NCBI GenBank assembly: GCA_964016885.1
Contig: OZ024740.1
Span: 45,942,001 to 46,006,000, forward strand
DNA: 64,000 nucleotides
Direction of reading: 5' to 3'
Source: Eledone cirrhosa
Taxonomy: Eukaryota
Below are positions 13,671 through 28,610 of the stretch, in pieces. How positions within the stretch are numbered: the first letter of the stretch is position 1; each line of letters opens with the position of its first letter. Below the pieces are notes generated by a model, which was not told the origin of the DNA, did not search any database, and saw only the letters and a program-made list of their open reading frames with translations. The translations under genes and the position numbers were made by a program.

Positions 13671-16600
13671 GTCTATTGTTGTGTGTAACAAGACATTGGT
13701 GTTGTACAGCAAGAATTCGATCTACTGTCTATTGTCGTGTGTCACAAGACATTGGTGTTGTACAGCAAGAAATAGATCTATTGTCTATTGTTGTATGTAA
13801 CAAGATATTGGTGTTGTACAGCAAGAATTAGGCCTACTGTCTATTGTTGTGTGTAACAAGACATTGGTGTTGTACAGCAAGAATTAGGCTTACTGTCTAT
13901 TGTTGTAATTAGAGATTCGTGTTGTACAGTAAGAATTAGATCTATTGTCTATTGTTGTGTGTAACAAGATATTGGTTTTGTACAGCAAGAATTAGATCTA
14001 CCCTCTATTGTTGTATGTAACAAGACATTGGTGTTGTACAGAAAGAATTAGGCCTACTGTCTATTGTTGTAATTAGACATTCGTGTTGTACAGCAAGAAT
14101 TAGATCTACTGTCTATTGTTGTGTGTAACAAGACATTGGTGTTGTGCAGCAAGAATTAGATCTACTGTCTATTGTTGTGTGTAACAAGACATTGGTGTTG
14201 TACAGCAAGAATTAGGCCTACTGTCTATTGTTATGTGTAACAAGACATTGGTGTTGTACAGCAAGAACTAGGCTTACTGTCTATTGGTGTAATTAGACAT
14301 TCGTGTTGTACAGCAAGATTTAGATCTACTGTCTATTGTTGTATGTAACAAGACATTGGTGTTGTACAGCAAGTATTAGATCTACTGTCTATTGTTGTAT
14401 GTAACAAGACATTGGTGTTGTACAGCAAGAATTAGGCCTACTGCCTATTGTTGTAATTAGACATTCGTGTTGTACAGCAAGAATTAGATCTACTGTCTAT
14501 TGTTGTATGTAACAAGATATTGGTGTTGTACAGCAAGAATTATACCTACTGTCTATTGTTGTATGTAACAAGACATTGGTGTTGTGCAGCAAGAATTAGA
14601 TCTACTGTCTATTGTTGTGTGTAACAAGATATTGGTGTTGTACAGCAAGAATTAGACCTACTGTCTATTGTTGTATGTAACAAGATGTTGGTGTTGTACA
14701 GCAAGAATTAGACCTACTGTCTGTTGTTGTATGTAACAAGATATTGGTGTTGTACAGCAAGAATTAGATATATTGTCTATTGTTGTATGTAACAAGACAT
14801 TGGTGTTGTACAGCAAGAATTAGATCTACTGTCTATTGTTGTATGTAACAAGACATTGGTGTTGTACAGCAAGAATTAGATCTACTGTCTATTGTTGTAT
14901 GTAACAAGATATTGGTGTTGTACAGCAAGAATTAGATCTACTGTCTATTGTTGTGTGTAACAAGATATTGGTGTTGTACTGCAAGAATTAGATCTACTAT
15001 CTATTGTTGTGTGTAACAAGAGATTGGTTTTGTACAGCAAGAATTAGATCTACTGTCTATTGTTGTGTGTAACAAAACATTGGTGTTGTACAGCAAGAAT
15101 TAGATCTACTGTCTATTGTTGTATGTAACAAGACATTGTTGTTGTACAGCAAGAATTAGGCCTACTGTCTATTGTTGTAATTAGACATTCGTGTTGTACA
15201 GCAAGAATTAGATCTACTGTCTATTGTTGTATGTAACAAGATATTGGCGTTGTACAGCAAGAATTAGATCTACTGTCTATTGTTGTTGTGTAACAAGACA
15301 TTGGTGTTGTGCAGCAAGAATTAGATCTACTGTCTATTGTTGTGTGTAACAAGACATTGGTGTGGTACAGCAAGAATTAGACCTACTGTCTATTGTTGTA
15401 TGTAACAAGATATTGGTGTTGTACAGCAAGAATTAGACCTACTGTCTATTGTTGTATGTAACAAGATATTGGTGTTGTACAGCAAGAATTAGATGTATTG
15501 TCTATTGTTATATGTAACAAGACATTGGTGTTGTACAGCAAGAATTAGATCTACTGTCTCTTGTTGTATGTAACAAGACATTGGTTTTGTACAGCAAGAA
15601 TTAGGCCTACTTTCTATTGTTGTAATTAGACATTCGTGTTGTACAGCACGAATTAGATCTACTGTCTATTGTTGTATGTGACAAGATATTGGTGTTGTAC
15701 AGCAAGAATTAGAACTATTGTCTGTTGTTGTATGTAACAAGACATTGGTGTTGTTCAGCAAGAAATAGATCTACTGTCTATTGTTGTATGTAACAAGATG
15801 TTGGTGTTGTACAGAAAGAATTAGACATACTGTCTGTTGTTGTGTTTAACAAGATATTGGTGTTGTACAGCAAGAATTAGACCTACTCTCTGTTGTTGTG
15901 TGTAACAAGATATTGGTGTTGTACAGCAAGAATTAGACCTACTGTCTCTTGTTGTATGTAACAAGATATTGGTGTTGTACAGCAAGAATTAGACCTACTG
16001 TCTATTGTTGTGTGTAACAAGACATTGGTGTTGTACAGCAAGAATTATATCTACTGTCTATTGTTGTATGTAACAAGATATTGGTGTTGTACAGCAAGAA
16101 TTATATCTACTGTCTATTGTTTTTTGTAACAAGATATTGGTGTTGTACAGGAAGAATTAGGCCTACTGTCTATTGTTGTAATTAGACATTCGTGTTGTAA
16201 CAGCAAGAATTAGATCTACTGTCTATTGTTGTATGTAACAAGATATAGGTGTTGTACAGCAAGAATTAGATCTACTGTCTATTGTTGTGTGTAACAAGAC
16301 ATTGGTGTTGTACAGCAAGAATTCGATCTACTGTCTATTGTCGTGTGTCACAAGACATTGGTGTTGTACAGCAAGAAATAGATCTATTGTCTATTGTTGT
16401 ATGTAACAAGATATTGGTGTTGTACAGCAAGAATTAGGCCTACTGTCTATTGTTGTGTGTAACAAGACATTGGTGTTGTACAGCAAGAATTAGGCTTACT
16501 GTCTATTGTTGTAATTAGAGATTCGTGTTGTACAGTAAGAATTAGATCTATTGTCTATTGTTGTGTGTAACAAGATATTGGTTTTGTACAGCAAGAATTA

Positions 16601-19600
16601 GATCTACCCTCTATTGTTGTATGTAACAAGACATTGGTGTTGTACAGAAAGAATTAGGCCTACTGTCTATTGTTATGTGTAACAAGACATTGGTGTTGTA
16701 CAGCAAGAACTAGGCTTACTGTCTATTGGTGTAATTAGACATTCGTGTTGTACAGCAAGATTTAGATCTACTGTCTATTGTTGTATGTAACAAGACATTG
16801 GTGTTGTACAGCAAGTATTAGATCTACTGTCTATTGTTGTATGTAACAAGACATTGGTGTTGTGCAGCAAGAATTAGATCTACTGTCTATTGTTGTGTGT
16901 AACAAGATATTGGTGTTGTACAGCAAGAATTAGACCTACTGTCTATTGTTGTATGTAACAAGATGTTGGTGTTGTACAGCAAGAATTAGACCTACTGTCT
17001 GTTGTTGTATGTAACAAGATATTGGTGTTGTACAGCAAGAATTAGATATATTGTCTATTGTTGTATGTAACAAGACATTGGTGTTGTACAGCAAGAATTA
17101 GATCTACTGTCTATTGTTGTATGTAACAAGACATTGGTGTTGTACAGCAAGAATTAGATCTACTGTCTATTGTTGTATGTAACAAGATATTGGTGTTGTA
17201 CAGCAAGAATTAGATCTACTGTCTATTGTTGTGTGTAACAAGATATTGGTGTTGTACTGCAAGAATTAGATCTACTATCTATTGTTGTGTGTAACAAGAC
17301 ATTGGTTTTGTACAGCAAGAATTAGATCTACTGTCTATTGTTGTGTGTAACAAGACATTGGTGTTGTACAGCAAGAATTAGATCTACTGTCTATTGTTGT
17401 ATGTAACAAGACATTGTTGTTGTACAGCAAGAATTAGGCCTACTGTCTATTGTTGTAATTAGACATTCGTGTTGTACAGCAAGAATTAGATCTACTGTCT
17501 ATTGTTGTATGTAACAAGATATTGGCGTTGTACAGCAAGAATTAGATCTACTGTCTATTGTTGTTGTGTAACAAGACATTGGTGTTGTGCAGCAAGAATT
17601 AGATCTACTGTCTATTGTTGTGTGTAACAAGACATTGGTGTGGTACAGCAAGAATTAGACCTACTGTCTATTGTGGTATGTAACAAGATATTGGTGTTGT
17701 ACAGCAAGAATTAGACCTACTGTCTGTTGTTGTATGTAACAAGATATTGGTGTTGTACAGCAAGAATTAGATGTATTGTCTATTGTTGTATGTAACAAGA
17801 CATTGGTGTTGTACAGCAAGAATTAGATCTACTGTCTCTTGTTGTATGTAACAAGACATTGGTTTTGTACAGCAAGAATTAGGCCTACTTTCTATTGTTG
17901 TAATTAGACATTCGTGTTGTACAGCAAGAATTAGATCTACTGTCTATTGTTGTATGTGACAAGATATTGGTGTTGTACAGCAAGAATTAGAACTATTGTC
18001 TATTGTTGTATGTAACAAGACATTGGTGCTGTACAGCAAGAATTAGAACTATTGTCTATTGTTGTATGTAACAAGACATTCGTGTTGTACAGCAAGAATT
18101 AGATCTACTGTCTATTGTTGTATGTGACAAGATATTGGTGTTGTACAGCAAGAATTAGAACTATTGTCTATTGTTGTATGTAACAAGACATTGGTGTTGT
18201 TCAGCAAGAATTAGATCTACTGTCTATTGTTGTATGTAACAAGATGTTGGTGTTGTACAGAAAGAATTAGACCTACTGTCTGTTGTTGTGTGTAACAAGA
18301 TATTGGTGTTGTACAGCAAGAATTAGACCTACTCTCTGTTGTTGTGTGTAACAAGATATTGGTGTTGTACAGCAAGAATTAGACCTACTGTCTATTGTTG
18401 TATGTGACAAGATATTGGTGTTGTACAGCAAGAATTAGAACTATTGTCTTTTGTTGTATGTAACAAGACATTGGTGTTGTTCAGCAAGAATTAGATCTAC
18501 TGTCTATTGTTGTATGTAACAAGATGTTGGTGTTGTACAGAAAGAATTAGACCTACTGTCTGTTGTTGTGTTTAACAAGATATTGGTGTTGTACAGCAAG
18601 AATTAGACCTACTCTCTGTTGTTGTGTGTAACAAGATATTGGTGTTGTACAGCAAGAATTAGACCTACTCTCTATTGTTGTATGTAAAAAGATATTGGTG
18701 TTGTACAGCAAGTATTAGACCTACTGTCTATTGTTGTATGTAACAAGATATTGGTGTTGTACAGCAAGAATTAGACCAACTGTCTATTGTTGTATGTAAC
18801 AAGATATTGGTGTTGTACAGCAAGAATTAGACCTACTGTCTATTGTTGTGTGTAACAAGACATTGGTGTTGTACAGCAAGAATTATATCTACTGTCTATT
18901 GTTGTATGTAACAAGATATTGGTGTTGTACAGCAAGAATTATATCTACTGTCTATTGTTTTTTGTAACAAGATATTGGTGTTGTACAGGAAGAATTAGGC
19001 CTACTGTCTATTGTTGTAATTAGACATTCGTGTTGTAACAGCAAGAATTAGATCTACTGTCTATTGTTGTATGTAACAAGATATAGGTGTTGTACAGCAA
19101 GAATTAGATCTACTGTCTATTGTTGTGTGTAACAAGACATTGGTGTTGTGCAGCAAGAATTAGATCTACTGTCTATTGTTGTGTGTAACAAGACATTGGT
19201 GTTGTACAGCAAGAATTCGATCTACTGTCTATTGTCGTGTGTCACAAGACATTGGTGTTGTACAGCAAGAATTAGATCTATTGTCTATTGTTGTATGTAA
19301 CAAGATATTGGTGTTGTACAGCAAGAATTAGGCCTACTGTCTATTGTTGTGTGTAACAAGACATTGGTGTTGTACTGCAAGAATTAGGCTTACTGTCTAT
19401 TGTTGTAATTAGAGATTCGTGTTGTACAGTAAGAATTAGATCTATTGTCTATTGTTGTGTGTAACAAGATATTGGTTTTGTACAGCAAGAATTAGATCTA
19501 CCCTCTATTGTTGTATGTAACAAGACATTGGTGTTGTACAGAAAGAATTAGGCCTACTGTCTATTGTTGTAATTAGACATTCGTGTTGTACAGCAAGAAT

Positions 19601-22600
19601 TAGATCTACTGTCTATTGTTGTGTGTAACAAGACATTGGTGTTGTGCAGCAAGAATTAGATCTACTGTCTATTGTTGTGTGTAACAAGACATTGGTGTGG
19701 TACAGCAAGAATTAGGCCTACTGTCTATTGTTATGTGTAACAAGACATTGGTGTTGTACAGCATGAACTAGGCTTACTGTCTATTGTTGTAATTAGACAT
19801 TCGTGTTGTACAGCAAGATTTAGATCTACTGTCTATTGTTGTATGTAACAAGACATTGGTGTTGTACAGCAAGTATTAGATCTACTGTCTATTGTTGTAT
19901 GTAACAAGACATTGGTGTTGTACAGCAAGAATTAGGCCTACTGTCTATTGTTGTAATTAGACATTCGTGTTGTACAGCAAGAATTCGATCTACTGTCTAT
20001 TGTTGTATGTAACAAGATATTGGTGTTGTACAGCAAGAATTATACCTACTGTCTATTGTTGTATGTAACAAGACATTCGTGTTGTGCAGCAAGAATTAGA
20101 TCTACTGTCTATTGTTGTGTGTAACAAGATATTGGTGTTGTACAGCAAGAATTAGACCTACTGTCTATTGTTGTATGTAACAAGATGTTGGTGTTGTACA
20201 GCAAGAATTAGACCTACTGTCTGTTGTTGTATGTAACAAGATATTGGTGTTGTACAGCAAGAATTAGATATATTGTCTATTGTTGTATGTAACAAGACAT
20301 TGGTGTTGTACAGCAAGAATTAGATCTACTGTCTATTGTTGTATGTAACAAGATATTGGTGTTGTACAGCAAGAATTAGATCTACTGTCTATTGTTGTGT
20401 GTAACAAGATATTGGTGTTGTACTGCAAGAATTAGATCTACTATCTATTGTTGTGTGTAACAAGACATTGGTTTTGTACAGCAAGAATTAGATCTACTGT
20501 CTATTGTTGTGTGTAACAAGACATTGGTGTTGTACAGCAAGAATTAGATCTACTGTCTATTGTTGTATGTAACAAGACATTGTTGTTGTACAGCAAGAAT
20601 TAGGCCTACTGTCTATTGTTGTAATTAGACATTCGTGTTGTACAGCAAGAATTAGATCTACTGTTTATTGTTGTATGTAACAAGATATTGGCGTTGTACA
20701 GCAAGAATTAGATCTACTGTCTATTGTTGTTGTGTAACAAGACATTGGTGTTGTGCAGCAAGAATTAGATCTACTGTCTATTGTTGTGTGTAACAAGACA
20801 TTGGTGTGGTACAGCAAGAATTAGACCTACTGTCTATTGTGGTATGTAACAAGATATTGGTGTTGTACAGCAAGAATTAGACCTACTGTCTGTTGTTGTA
20901 TGTAACAAGATATTGGTGTTGTACAGCAAGAATTAGATGTATTGTCTATTGTTGTATGTAACAAGACATTGGTGTTGTACAGCAAGAATTAGATCTACTG
21001 TCTCTTGTTGTATGTAACAAGACATTGGTTTTGTACAGCAAGAATTAGGCCTACTTTCTATTGTTGTAATTAGACATTCGTGTTGTACAGCAAGAATTAG
21101 ATCTACTGTCTATTGTTGTATGTGACAAGATATTGGTGTTGTACAGCAAGAATTAGAACTATTGTCTATTGTTGTATGTAACAAGACATTGGTGTTGTAC
21201 AGCAAGAATTAGAACTATTGTCTATTGTTGTATGTAACAAGACATTCGTGTTGTACAGCAAGAATTAGATCTACTGTCTATTGTTGTATGTGACAAGATA
21301 TTGGTGTTGTACAGCAAGAATTAGAACTATTGTCTATTGTTGTATGTAACAAGACATTGGTGTTGTTCAGCAAGAATTAGACCTACTGTCTATTGTTGTG
21401 TGTAACAAGACATTGGTGTTGTACAGCAAGAATTATATCTACTGTCTATTGTTTTTTGTAACAAGATATTGGTGTTGTACAGGAAGAATTAGGCCTACTG
21501 TCTATTGTTGTAATTAGACATTCGTGTTGTACAGCAAGAATTAGATCTACTGTCTATTGTTGTATGTAACAAGACATTGGTGTTGTACAGCAAGAATTAG
21601 ATCTACTGTTTATTGTTGTATGTAACAAGACATTGGTGTTGTACAACAAGAATTAGATCTACTGTCTATTGTCGTATGTAACAAGACATTGGTGTTGTAC
21701 AGCAAGAATTAGATCTACTGTCTATTGTTGTATGTAACAAGACATTGGTGTTGTACAGCAAGAATTAGATCTACTGTCTATTGTTGTATGTAACAAGATA
21801 TTGGTGTTGTACAGCAAGAATTAGACCTACTGTCTATTGTTGTATGTAACAAGATATTGGTGTTGTACAGCAAGAATTAGACCTACTGTCTGTTGTTGTA
21901 TGTAACAAGATATTGGTGTTGTACAGCAAGAATTAGATGTATTGTCTATTGTTATATGTAATAAGACATTGGTGTTGTACAGCAAGAATTAGATCTACTG
22001 TCTCTTGTTGTATGTAACAAGACATTGGTTTTGTACAGCAAGAATTAGGCCTACTTTCTATTGTTGTAATTAGACATTCGTGTTGTACAGCACGAATTAG
22101 ATCTACTGTCTATTGTTGTATGTGACAAGATATTGGTGTTGTACAGCAAGAATTAGAACTATTGTCTATTGTTGTATGTAACAAGACATTGGTGTTGTTC
22201 AGCAAGAATTGGATCTACTGTCTATTGTTGTATGTAACAAGATGTTGGTGTTGTACAGAAAGAATTAGACCTACTGTCTGTTGTTGTGTGTAACAAGATA
22301 TTGGTGTTGTACAGCAAGAATTAGACCTACTCTCTGTTGTTGTGTGTAACAAGATATTGGTGTTGTACAGCAAGAATTAGACCTACTGTCTATTGTTGTA
22401 TGTAACAAGATATTGGTGTTGTACAGCAAGTATTAGACCTACTGTCTACTGTTGTATGTAACAAGATATTGGTGTTGTACAGCAAGAATTAGATCAACTG
22501 TCTATTGTTGTATGTAACAAGATATTGGTGTTGTACAGCAAGAATTAGACCTACTGTCTATTGTTGTGTGTAACAAGACATTGGTGTTGTACAGCAAGAA

Positions 22601-24669
22601 TTATATCTACTGTCTATTGTTGTATGTAACAAGATATTGGTGTTGTACAGCAAGAATTATATCTACTGTCTATTGTTTTTTGTAACAAGATATTGGTGTT
22701 GTACAGGAAGAATTAGGCCTACTGTCTATTGTTGTAATTAGACATTCGTCTTGTAACAGCAAGAATTAGATCTACTGTCTATTGTTGTATGTAACAAGAT
22801 ATAGGTGTTGTACAGCAAGAATTAGATCTACTGTCTATTGTTGTGTGTAACAAGACATTGGTGTTGTGCAGCAAGAATTAGATCTACTGTCTATTGTTGT
22901 GTGTAACAAGACATTGGTGTTGTACAGCAAGAATTCGATCTACTGTCTATTGTCGTGTGTCACAAGACATTGGTGTTGTACAGCAAGAATTAGATCTATT
23001 GTCTATTGTTGTATGTAACAAGATATTGGTGTTGTACAGCAAGAATTAGGCCTACTGTCTATTGTTGTGTGTAACAAGACATTGGTGTTGTACAGCAAGA
23101 ATTAGGCTTACTGTCTATTGTTGTAATTAGAGATTCGTGTTGTACAGTAAGAATTAGATCTATTGTCTATTGTTGTGTGTAACAAGATATTGGTTTTGTA
23201 CAGCAAGAATTAGATCTACCCTCTATTGTTGTATGTAACAAGACATTGGTGTTGTACAGAAAGAATTAGGCCTACTGTCTATTGTTGTAATTAGACATTC
23301 GTGTTGTACAGCAAGAATTAGATCTACTGTCTATTGTTGTGTGTAACAAGACATTGGTGTTGTACAGCAAGAATTAGGCCTACTGTCTATTGTTGTGTGT
23401 AACAAGACATTGGTGTTGTACAGCAAGAATTAGGCCTACTGTCTATTGTTATGTGTAACAAGACATTGGTGTTGTATAGCAAGAACTAGGCTTACTGTCT
23501 ATTGTTGTAATTAGACATTCGTGTTGTACAGCAAGATTTAGATCTACTGTCTATTGTTGTATGTAACAAGACATTGGTGTTGTACAGCAAGTATTAGATC
23601 TACTGTCTATTGTTGTATGTAACAAGACATTGGTGTTGTACAGCAAGAATTAGGCCTACTGTCTATTGATGTAATTAGACATTCGTGTTGTACAGCAAGA
23701 ATTAGATCTACTGTCTATTGTTGTATGTAACAAGATATTGGTGTTGTACAGCAAGAATTATACCTACTGTCTATTGTTGTATGTAACAAGACATTGGTGT
23801 TGTGCAGCAAGAATTAGATCTACTGTCTATTGTTGTGTGTAACAAGATATTAGTGTTGTACAGCAAGAATTAGACCTACTGTCTATTGTTGTATGTAACA
23901 AGATGTTGGTGTTGTACTGCAAGAATTAGACCTACTGTCTGTTGTTGTATGTAACAAGATATTGGTGTTGTACAGCAAGAATTAGATGTATTGTCTATCG
24001 TTGTATGTAACAAGACATTGGTGTTGTACAGCAAGAATTAGATCTACTGTCTATTGTTGTATGTAACAAGACATTGGTGTTGTACAGCAAGAATTAGATC
24101 TACTGTCTATTGTTGTATGTGACAAGATATTGGTGTTGTACAGCAAGAATTAGACCTACTGTCTATTGTTGTATGTAACAAGATATTGGTGTTGTACAGC
24201 AAGAATTAGACCTACTGTCTATTGTTGTGTGTAACAAGACATTGGTGTTGTACAGCAAGAATTATATCTACTGTCTATTGTTGTATGTAACAAGATATTG
24301 GTGTTGTACAGCAAGAATTATATCTACTGTCTATTGTTTTTTATAACAAGATATTGGTGTTGTACAGCAAGAATTGGACCTACTGTCTATTGTGGTATGT
24401 AACAAGATATTGGTGTTGTACAGCAAGAATTAGACCTACTGTCTGTTGTTGTATGTAACAAGATATTGGTGTTGTACAGCAAGAATTAGATGTATTGTCT
24501 ATTGTTGTATGTAACAAGACATTGGTGTTGTACAGCAAGAATTAGATCTACTGTCTATTGTTGTATGTAACAAGACATTGGTGTTGTACAGCAAGCATTA
24601 GATCTACTGTCTATTGTTGTATGTAACAAGACATTGGTGTTGTACAACAAGAATTAGATCTACTGTCTA

Positions 24670-25790
24670 TTGTCGTATGTAACAAGACATTGGTGTTGTA
24701 CAGCAAGAATTCGATCTACTGTCTATTGTTGTATGTAACAAGATATTGGTGTTGTACAGCAAGAATTAGGCCTACTGTCAATTGTCGTGTGTCACAAGAC
24801 ATTGGTGTTGTACAGCAAGAATTAGATCTACTGTCTATTGTTGTATGTAACAAGATATTGGTGTTGTACAGCAAGAATTATACCTACTGTCTATTGTTGT
24901 ATGTAACAAGACATTGGTGTTGTGCAGCAAGAATTAGATCTACTGTCTATTGTGTGTAACAAGATATTGGTGTTGTACAGCAAGAATTAGACCTACTGTC
25001 TATTGTTGTATGTAACAAGATGTTGGTGTTGTACAGCAAGAATTAGACCTACTGTCTATTGTTGTATGTAACAAGATGTTGGTGTTGTACAGCAAGAATT
25101 AGACCTACTGTCTGTTGTTGTATGTAACAAGATATTGGTGTTGTACAGCAAGAATTAGATGTATTGTCTATTGTTGTATGTAACAAGACATTGGTGTTGT
25201 ACAGCAAGAATTAGATCTACTGACTATTGTTGTATGTAACAAGACATTGGTGTTGTACAGCAAGCATTAGATCTACTGTCTATTGTTGTATGTAACAAGA
25301 TGTTGGTGTTGTACAGCAAGAATTAAACCTACTGTCTGTTGTTGTATGTAACAAGATATTGGTGTTGTACAGCAAGAATTAGATGTTTTTGTCTATTGTC
25401 GTATGTAACAAGACATTGGTGTTGTACAGCAAGAATTCGATCTACTGTCTATTGTTGTATGTAACAAGATATTGGTGTTGTACAGCAAGAATTAGGCCTA
25501 CTGTCAATTGTCGTGTGTCACAAGACATTGGTGTTGTACAGCAAGAATTAGATCTACTGTCTATTGTTGTATGTAACAAGATATTGGTGTTGTACAGCAA
25601 GAATTATACCTACTGTCTATTGTTGTATGTAACAAGACATTGGTGTTGTGCAGCAAGAATTAGATCTACTGTCTATTGTGTGTAACAAGATATTGGTGTT
25701 GTACAGCAAGAATTAGACCTACTGTCTATTGTTGTATGTAACAAGATGTTGGTGTTGTACAGCAAGAATTAGACCTACTGTCTGTTGTTG
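24670..25790. repeat. Local duplication, period 726 bp
   Basis: ORFs ending at 24959 and 25685 share the same sequence. The GTCAATTGTCG variant and a 3-bp deletion monomer (TATTGTGTGTAAC) recur at +726. Confidence 0.8.
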
Positions 25791-28610
25791 TATGTAACAA
25801 GATATTGGTGTTGTACAGCAAGAATTAGATGTATTGTCTATTGTTGTATGTAACAAGACATTGGTGTTGTACAGCAAGAATTAGATCTACTGTCTATTGT
25901 TGTATGTAACAAGACATTGGTGTTGTACAGCAAGAATTAGATCTACTGTCTATTGTTGTATGTAACAAGATATTGGTGTTGTACAGCAAGAATTAGATCT
26001 ACTGTCTATTGTTTTTTATAACAAGATATTGGTGTTGTACAGCAAGAATTAGACCTACTGTCTATTGTGGTATGTAACAAGATATTGGTGTTGTACAGCA
26101 AGAATTAAACCTACTGTCTGTTGTTGTATGTAACAAGATATTGGTGTTGTACAGCAAGAATTAGATGTATTGTCTATTGTTGTATGTAACAAGATATTGG
26201 TGTTGTACAGCAAGCATTAGATCTACTGTCTATTGTTGTATGTAACAAGACATTGGTGTTGTACAACAAGAATTAGATCTACTGTCTAGTGTCGTATGTA
26301 ACAAGACATTGGTGTTGTACAGCAAGAATTCGATCTACTGTCTATTGTTGTATGTAACAAGATATTGGTGTTGTACAGCAAGAATTAGGCCTACTGTCTA
26401 TTGTTGTATGTAACAAGACATTGGTGTTGTGCAGCAAGAATTAGATCTACTGTCTATTGTGTGTAACAAGATATTGGTGTTGTACAGCAAGAATTAGACC
26501 TACTGTCTATTGTTGTATGTAACAAGATGTTGGTGTTGTACAGCAAGAATTAGACCTAATGTCTGTTGTTGTATGTAACAAGATATTGGTGTTGTACAGC
26601 AAGAATTAGATGTATTGTCTATTGTTGTATGTAACAAGACATTGGTGTTGTACAGCAAGAATTAGATCTACTGTCTATTGTTGTATGTAACAAGACATTG
26701 GTGTTGTACAGCAAGAATTAGATCTACTGTCTATCGTTGTATGTAACAAGATATTGGTGTTGTACAGCAAGAGTTAGATCTACTGTCTATTGTTGTGTGT
26801 AACAAGATATTGGTGTTGTACTGCAAGAATTAGATCTACTATCTATTGTTGTGTGTAACAAGACATTGGTTTTGTACAGCAAGAATTAGATCTACTGTCT
26901 ATTGTTGTGTGTAACAAGACATTCGTGTTGTACAGCAAGAATTACATCTACTCTCTATTGTTGTATGTAACAAGACATTGTTGTTGTACAGCAAGAATTA
27001 GGCCTACTGTCTATTGTTGTAATTAGACATTCGTGTTGTACAGCAAGAATTAGATCTACTGTCTATTGTTGTATGTAACAAGATATTGGCGTTGTACAGC
27101 AAGAATTAGATCTACTGTCTATTGTTGTGTAACAAGACATTGGTGTTGTGCAGCAAGAATTAGATCTACTGTCTATTGTTGTGTGTAACAAGACATTAGT
27201 GTGGTACAGCAAGAATTAGACCTACTGTCTATTGTGGTATGTAACAAGATATTGGTGTTGTACAGCAAGAATTAGACCTACTGTCTGTTGTTGTATGTAA
27301 CAAGATATTGGTGTTGTACAGCAAGAATTAGATGTATTGTCTATTGTTGTATGTAACAAGACATTGGTGTTGTACAGCAAGAATTAGATCTACTGTCTCT
27401 TGTTGTACGTAACAAGACATTGGTTTTGTACAGCAAGAATTAGGCCTACTTTCTATTGTTGTAATTAGACATTCGTGTTGTACAGCAAGAATTAGATCTA
27501 CTGTCTATTGTTGTATGTGACAAGATATTGGTGTTGTACAGCAAGAATTAGAACTATTGTCTATTGTTGTATGTAACAAGACATTGGTGTTGTTCAGCAA
27601 GAATTAGATCTACTGTCTATTGTTGTATGTAACAAGACATTGGTGTTGTACAGCAAGAATTAGATCTACTGTCTATTGTTGTATGTAACAAGATATTGGT
27701 GTTGTACAGCAAGAATTAGACCTACTGTCTATTGTTGTATGTAACAAGATATTGGTGTTGTACAGCAAGAATTAGACCTACTGTCTGTTGTTGTATGTAA
27801 CAAGATATTGGTGTTGTACAGCAAGAATTAGATGTATTGTCTATTGTTATATGTAACAAGACATTGGTGTTGTACAGCAAGAATTAGATCTACTGTCTCT
27901 TGTTGTATGTAACAAGACATTGGTTTTGTACAGCAAGAATTAGGCCTACTTTCTATTGTTGTAATTAGACATTCGTGTTGTACAGCACGAATTAGATCTA
28001 CTGTCTATTGTTGTATGTAACAAGACATTGGTGTTGTACAGCAAGAATTAGAACTATTGTCTATTGTTGTATGTAACAAGACATTGGTGTTGTTCAGCAA
28101 GAATTAGATCTACTGTCTATTGTTGTATGTAACAAGATGTTGGTGTTGTACAGAAAGAATTAGACCTACTGTCTGTTGTTGTGTGTAACAAGATATTGGT
28201 GTTGTACAGCAAGAATTAGACCTACTGTCTATTGTTGTATGTAACAAGATATTGGTGTTGTACAGCAAGTATTAGACCTACTGTATATTGTTGTATGTAA
28301 CAAGATATTGGTGTTGTACAGCAAGAATTAGACCTACTGTCTATTGTTGTATGTAACAAGATATTGGTGTTGTACAGCAAGAATTAGACCTACTGTCTAT
28401 TGTTGTGTGTAACAAGACATTGGTGTTGTACAGCAAGAATTATATCTACTGTCTATTGTTGTATGTAACAAGATATTGGTGTTGTACAGCAAGAATTATA
28501 TCTACTGTCTATTGTTTTTTTGTAGCAAGATATTGGTGTTGTACAGGAAGAATTAGGCCTACTGTCTATTGTTGTAATTAGACATTCGTGTTGTAACAGC
28601 AAGAATTAGA

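Larger units (their letters stand above)
1..28610. repeat. Left satellite sub-domain (variant set A)
   Basis: Diagnostic variants: T-run monomer with CAGGAAG (starts 1, 3552, 7051, 8163, 11554, 12666, 13499, 16105, 18943, 21437, 22661, 28500), AGATGTATTG, AGAACTATTG, GTGACAAG, GTCTCTTG, CAGCACG and GTTCAGC. I did not see these after about 28.6 kb. Confidence 0.85.
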
